Below, in pieces: positions 57,912 to 64,000 of a stretch of 64,000 nt of DNA (its first letter is position 1; each line of letters begins with the position of its first letter). Below the pieces are notes generated by a model. It saw nothing but the letters and a program-made list of their open reading frames with translations. It had not been told where the DNA came from and made no database searches. The stretch lies in NCBI RefSeq assembly GCF_009914755.1, contig NC_060926.1; one strand, 5' to 3'. Source of the DNA: the human T2T-CHM13v2.0 reference genome, Homo sapiens. Both the position numbers and the translations under genes were made by a program.

Positions 57912-58173
57912 TGCAGGTTAGTTACATATGTATACATGTGCCATGTTGGTGTGCTGCACCCATTAACTCTTCATTTAACATTAGGTGTATCTCCTAATGC
58001 TATCCCTCCCCCCTCCTTCTACCCCACAACAGGCCCCGGTGTGTGATGTTCCCCTTCCTGTGTCCAAGTGTTCTCATTGTTCAATTCCCACCTATGAGTG
58101 AGAACATGCGGTGTTTGGTTTTTTGTCCTTGCAATAAAACTTAAAGTATAATAAAAAATAAAATTAAAAAATA
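57912..58173 (+). mobile_element. Short 5'-inverted L1PA 3'UTR insertion
   Basis: Antisense 3'UTR 57912-58136 joined to sense terminal TAAAACTTAAAGTATAAT-An. Confidence 0.85.
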
Positions 58174-58368
58174 AGGGTCAACTCTGGATTCTAAGTAGTG
58201 GCAAACAATGTATATTCTCTTCAGGATAGCAGAACCTCAGATCAGTTCCCACTGCATTGAATTTCACTGCTCAAGATTCAAATTCCAGGAGGCAAGATGC
58301 TGATGCCCCTTTCTCATTGGCAGATGAGGGTGGGTCACCTTGCTTGACAGTTTCCCCAGAACTGATGT

Positions 58369-58376
58369 TTTCTTTT

Positions 58377-58409
<33 letters not shown>

Positions 58410-58623
58410 TTATACTTTAAGTTCTAGGGTACATATGCACAACGTGCAGGTTTGTTACCTATGTATACATGTGCCATGTTGGTGTGCTGCATCCATTAAC
58501 TCATCATTTACATTAGGTATATCTCCTAATGCTATCCCTCCGCCTCTCCCCCAAACCCACAACAAGCCCCAGTGTGTAATGTTCCCCTTCCTGGGTCCAA
58601 GTGTTCTCATTGTTCAATTCCCA
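58369..58623 (-). mobile_element. L1PA 3'UTR fragment with (TA)n in its tail, fused to a partial AluJ (+, ~58620-58850)
   Basis: ttattatactttaagttctagggtac ... ttcaattccca. Confidence 0.88.
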
Positions 58624-58628
58624 GCCTA

Positions 58629-58769
<141 letters not shown>

Positions 58770-58849
58770 TTATACTCCAAGCTAGGCAACAGAGTGAAAC
58801 CCTGTCTCAAACAAACAACGCAAACACAAACACAAGCAAAACCAACAAA

Positions 58850-61800
58850 AGGAAACTTGGAAAATTCACAAATATATGGAAATAAGATTACATACTCCTT
58901 CTAAATAACCAACAGGTTAAAAAAATTATAAGAGAAATTAGAAAATACTTTGAGATGAATGAAAATGAAAGCATGAATACCAAAATGCATGAGGTGCAGA
59001 GTGTTTGGTGGGAAATTTACAGTTGTAAATGTCTATAATAAAAAACAAAAAAGATCTTTATGGCACTGAAGAGGAAACTAAACCCAAAGCAAGTAGAAAA
59101 AAAGATTAGAGTAGAAATAAATAAAATAGAAAATTGAAAAACAATTGAAAAAATCAGTGAACGAAAAATTTGTTATTTGAAATGAACAAAATCGACAATT
59201 CTTTAGCTAAATTAGCCAAGAAAAAAGAGAGAGATAAGACTCAGATTATTAAAATCAGAAATGAAAGAGGGAGCATCACTATTGATTTTAAAAAACTGAA
59301 AGGATTATAAATAAATGCTATGAATGATTATAAGCCAACAAATTATAACAGATGAAATTGACAAATTCCTAGAAAAATACAAACTATCAAAATGTACCCA
59401 AAAAGAAGTAGAAATCTGAACAAGCCTATAACGAGTAATGAGGCTAAATTAGTAATCAAAGAAACTTCCAGCAAAGAATAGCTCAGGACCAGATGGCTTC
59501 ACTGGTGAATTCTATCAAACATTTAAAGGAGAGTCGCCAAACATTCACAAACCTTCAAAAAAACAGAAGAGGAGGAAACATTTCCCAACTCATTCTATGA
59601 GGCCAGCATTATTCACATACCAAAACCAGACAAAGACATCACAAGAAAACTACTGACCAAGATACTTTATGGATATGGATATGAAAATCTTCAACAAAAT
59701 ACTAGTAAACTGAATCCATTAACATATACAAACAATTGTACTCCATGACCACATGAGAATCATTCCAGGAAGGCAAGGCTGAACATATGAAAATCAATAA
59801 ATAATATACTATATTAATAGATTAAAGGACAAAAACCACATAATCATCTCAATAGACAGGAAAAAACATTTGATAAAATCCAACAGCCTGTCATGACAAA
59901 AACACTCAACAAACTAGGAATAGATGGAAAGTTTTTCTAACCAAAAAGGCATCTATGAAAAACCTAAAACTCATGCCATACTTAGTGAAAGACTGAAAGC
60001 TTTCTCCTCACAATCAAGAACAAGGCAAAAATGTCTACTCTCATCATTTCTATTTAACATTGTACCAGAGGCTCTAGCTAAGGCAATTGGCAAGACAAAG
60101 AAATGAAGGCCATCCTGATTGGAAAGGAAAAAAGTAGATGTATTTCAATTGGCAGGTAACATGATTTTGTGTATAGAAAATACTAGGGGATTCACTAAAA
60201 AGCTATTAGAACTAATAAATGAATTTAGAAAGTTGCAGGATACAAGATCATATATAAAAATTTCTTTATTTTTATACACTAGCAATGAACAATCTGAAAT
60301 GAAATTAAAGATACAATTTCCTCTATAATACTATAACATACTTAAATTTAATAAAAGAAATATCAGACTTATGAATTGAAACCATGAAACATTGTTGAAA
60401 GTAATTAAAGAAGTTTAAATAAATAGAAAGACATCATCCATGCACATAGATTGGAACACTTTCTATTGTTGAGATGGCAGTACTCCCCAAATTCATCTAC
60501 AGATGCAACACAATTCCTATAAAAATCCCAGCTGGCTTTTTGCAGAAATTGACAATCTGATCCTAAAATTCATATGAAAATTGAAGGGACATAGAATAGC
60601 CATAGTAATTTTAAGAAAAAGGAATAAAGTTGGATTTTTCACATTTCCTGATTTCCAAGCTACGGTAATCAAGACATTGTAGTACCAACATCAGGATAGA
60701 CATAGAGATCAATGAAATAGAATTGAGAGTCTAGAAACAAATCCTTACATTTCTGGTAATTTTTGTTTTTGCAAGAGTGACAAGACAATTCAACGGGAGA
60801 TGGGTATTAATTTCAACAAATGGTGCTAGGACAACTGAATATTCACTTGCAAAATAATGAATTTGGATCCATACCTCACATTATACCCAAAACTTAACTA
60901 AAAAAGGATCAAAGACCCAAATATAAGAGATAAAACTATGCAATTCTTAGAGGAAAACATAGGCATAAATCTTCATGGCCTTGAATTAGTCAACAGTTTC
61001 TTAGACTTATCAACAAAAGCATAAGTAACAAAAGAAAAAATAGATAAATTGAACTTCATCGAGATGAAAAACTGTTGTGTTTCAAAGGGCACTATAAAAA
61101 AGTGAAGACAGCCCACAGAATGGAAGAACATATTTGCAAGTCATATATCTGATAAGAGCCCAGAATATGTAAAGAACTCACAGCTGAAGAATAAAAAGAC
61201 AATAGCTTAATCACAAAACGAACAAAAATTTGAATAAACATTTCTCCAAAGGAGACATACAAATGAGCACATGAAAAGATGCTCAACATCATTAACCATT
61301 AGGGAAATATAAATCAAAACTACAAAGAGACACCAGCTCTTACTGTGAGTTGAATTGTGTCCCCCAAATAGGTATGTTGACCTTCTCACCCCTGGTACTT
61401 GTGAATATGACCTTATTTAGAAATAGGGTCTTTGCAGAGGTAATCAAGGCAGGATGAGGTAATACTGGATTGGGGTGGGCCCTAATTCAATATGACTGGA
61501 GAAGAGACACAGGGGAGAATGCCATGTGATGAGTCAGAGATTGGAGTGACATGCATCAGTAACCCAAGATATGGTTAGGATTACTAGGAACACAAGAAAT
61601 AAGGGAAAGTCATGGAACAGCTTTTTCCCCTAGAGCCTCCAGAGAAAGCATAACCCTGATGGTGCCTTGATTTTAGGCTTCTAGCCCCAGAACTGTGAGA
61701 GAATAGATTTCTGTTGCTTTAAGCCACCTAGTTTGTGGTAATTTGTTACAGCAGCCCTAGCAAACGAATGCACCACTTCATACCCACTATGGTGGCTATA

Positions 61801-62005
61801 GTATTAAAAAGCTAGACAATAACAAGCGTTTGTGGTGATGTTAAATGGTACAGCCACTTTGGGAAACAGTTTGACAGTTCCTCAAAAAGTAAATATAGCC
61901 AGGCGATGTGGTGTATGCCTGTAGTCCCAGTTACTCAGAAGGCTGAGGAGGGAGGATCGCTTTAGCCCAGAAGTTAGAGTCCAGCCTGGACAACATGATA
62001 TCCCA

Positions 62006-62036
<31 letters not shown>

Positions 62037-62935
62037 TTTTTTTTTTTTGAGACAGAGTTTCATTCTATTACCCAGGCAGGAGTGCGGTTGTGCCATCTCG
62101 GCTCACTGCAACCTTCACCTCCTGGTTCAAGCTATTCTCCTGCCTCAGCCTCCTGAGTAGCTGGAATTACAGGCACCCACCACCACAACCAGCTAATTTT
62201 TGTATTTTTATTAGAGATGGGGTCTCTCCATGTTGGCCAGGCTGGTCTCTAACTCCTGGCCTCAGGTGATCCGCTTTTCTTAGTCTCCCAAAGTGCTAGG
62301 ACTACAGGCATGAGCCACTGCGCCCAGCCTGATACCCCATCTCTTAAAAACAAAACAAAACAAAACATAGAATTACCTTATGACCCAGTAATTCTAAGTA
62401 TATATCCAAGAGAGAGGAAAATGTATGTCTACATAAAAAATTGTAGCTGTCTGTTTATAACAGTGTTAATAGGCAAAATGTGAGAACAACCCAAATGTTC
62501 ATCAGTCTATGCGTTGTAGACAAACAAAATGTGGTTTAGCCATACAATGGAATATAATTTAGCAATAAAAAGAAATGAAGTACTAACTCACGCGACTACA
62601 TGGATGAGCCTTGAAAATATTATACTAAGTGAAAGAATGGAGTCACAAAATATCATAGACTGTATGATTCCTTCAATATGAAACGTCCAGAATAGGCAAA
62701 TCTGTGAAGGCAGAAAGTAGATTTGTGGTTGCCTAAGGCTGGGGTTGGGGGATGGAGAGTGACTGCTAATGAGTATGGGATTTCACTGGGAGAGGGGTGA
62801 TGAAACTGTTATAAAATTAGATAGGGATGATGGTGGTATAACTCTGTGAATATACTAAAACCCACTGACGTGTACATTCCAAATGCGTGAATTTTATGAT
62901 AGGTAAATTATATCCCAGTAAAGCTACTACAAATA
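58850..62935 (+). mobile_element. Old L1M ORF2 plus 3'UTR, interrupted by an MLT1 LTR and Alus
   Basis: Degraded ORF2 homology (ccagatggcttcactggtgaattcta, cattctatgaggccagcatt). Confidence 0.88.
61341..61772 (+). mobile_element. MLT1A/B-type MaLR LTR inside L1M
   Basis: ttgaattgtgtccccc start and ttaagccacctagtttgtggtaatttgttacagcagcc end. Confidence 0.8.
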
Positions 62936-64000
62936 AGAGTCCATTTTTTTCTGTGGGTACTTATTATTTTAGCTGTGTTGATCTCACTCTGCTGTTTCCC
63001 AACTCAGATCTTTACACATGGTGTGCTGGGAATGCTCCTCCCAATTTTGTCTACCTGGCAAATTCTCACTTATTCAACACTCAGCTTCCACATTAACCCT
63101 CCTGTGAAGCTTTTGTGCTCCCAGGAGAGCAGCACTTTTCTGCATTGCCTCTTTATTTGGTACCTGTGTAAAAACAGTTGCACATTTTTTACTCTATGGA
63201 CAGTCTTTGTTTTCTTTTTGCTCGGCTCTTTTCTGTGGATGGTGTTCCTCCCTGCGGACAAGTAACGTGTCTTACCACATTTGCATCTATCCTGGGTGCT
63301 CATCATTCTGCCTGACACATATCAGGCACTCAATAAGTACTTGTTAAAATTAAACAGAATAATTTGAAAGCATTGGAACAAAGCTCAAGAGTAAACAGCA
63401 AAGAAAGGGTTACCCAAGGTTCTGTTCATGAACAGCATTTCCTAATTAGACTGCTAAGAATGTGGTAATAATATGGCATTCAAGGCACTTGCAGTTATAA
63501 AAGCTCTCAGATCTACCCTTCTATCACCCTAGCTATACTTCCAAAACCAGCTAGCTTTTTGATTTCATTCCTTCTTCCCTCCTACCTTGCTTCCCCTCCT
63601 CCTCTCTCTCTTTCTTTTTATTTATAAGCCAACATATGCATATTTGTTCCTATTTAAAATTTTTCTGACTTTCCATTTTGAAGTAATTTTAGGCTCATAA
63701 AAATATCACAAAAATCAAATAATTCTCATATGCCCTTCACCAACTCCCCAAATGTTAACATCTTATAAAACTACAGTACAATGAGCAACACTAGGAAATT
63801 AACATTTATGAATTACTATTAACTAACTTACTGACCTAATTCAAATCTTGCCAATTGTTCCATTAATGTTCTTTTTCTGGTCCAGGATCCTATACAAGAT
63901 CAGAGTCATGCCTTCTTGATCTCCTCCAATCCTCCAATCTGAGGCAGTTTTTCAGTCATTCATAACCCTGACACATCTATGGAGTACTGGGCAATTATTT

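Overview
Human (primate) genomic DNA, recognisable from sequence recall as the ATF2 / ATP5MC3 locus on chr2q31; not prokaryotic, and there is no CRISPR, rRNA or tRNA gene. Minus strand: part of ATF2 intron 1 (1-10839), ATF2 non-coding exon 1 and its CpG-island promoter with MIR933 (~10.2-11.6 kb), and the complete 5-exon ATP5MC3 gene (ATP synthase subunit c, 142 aa, spliced CDS 24176->21071). The long ATP5MC3 3'UTR contains an RNY4 retrocopy. The remaining ~39 kb is intergenic: a processed RPS15A pseudogene, a 3.2-kb L1PA, old L1M/L2/MIR, MaLR LTRs, MER5 elements, many Alus and a solo HERV-H LTR7 nested in an Alu nested in an L1. I found no convincing new biological system. The most unusual items are directly visible rearrangement scars: two locally templated insertions (1247-1463 and 53193-53348), a perfect 24-bp fold-back and a miniature twin-primed L1. 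There are also testable regulatory hypotheses: an ATF2 minimal uORF, an in-frame CUG upstream of the ATP5MC3 ATG, and the LTR7 pointing at ATP5MC3. Repeat subfamily calls and old-repeat boundaries are by eye and approximate.
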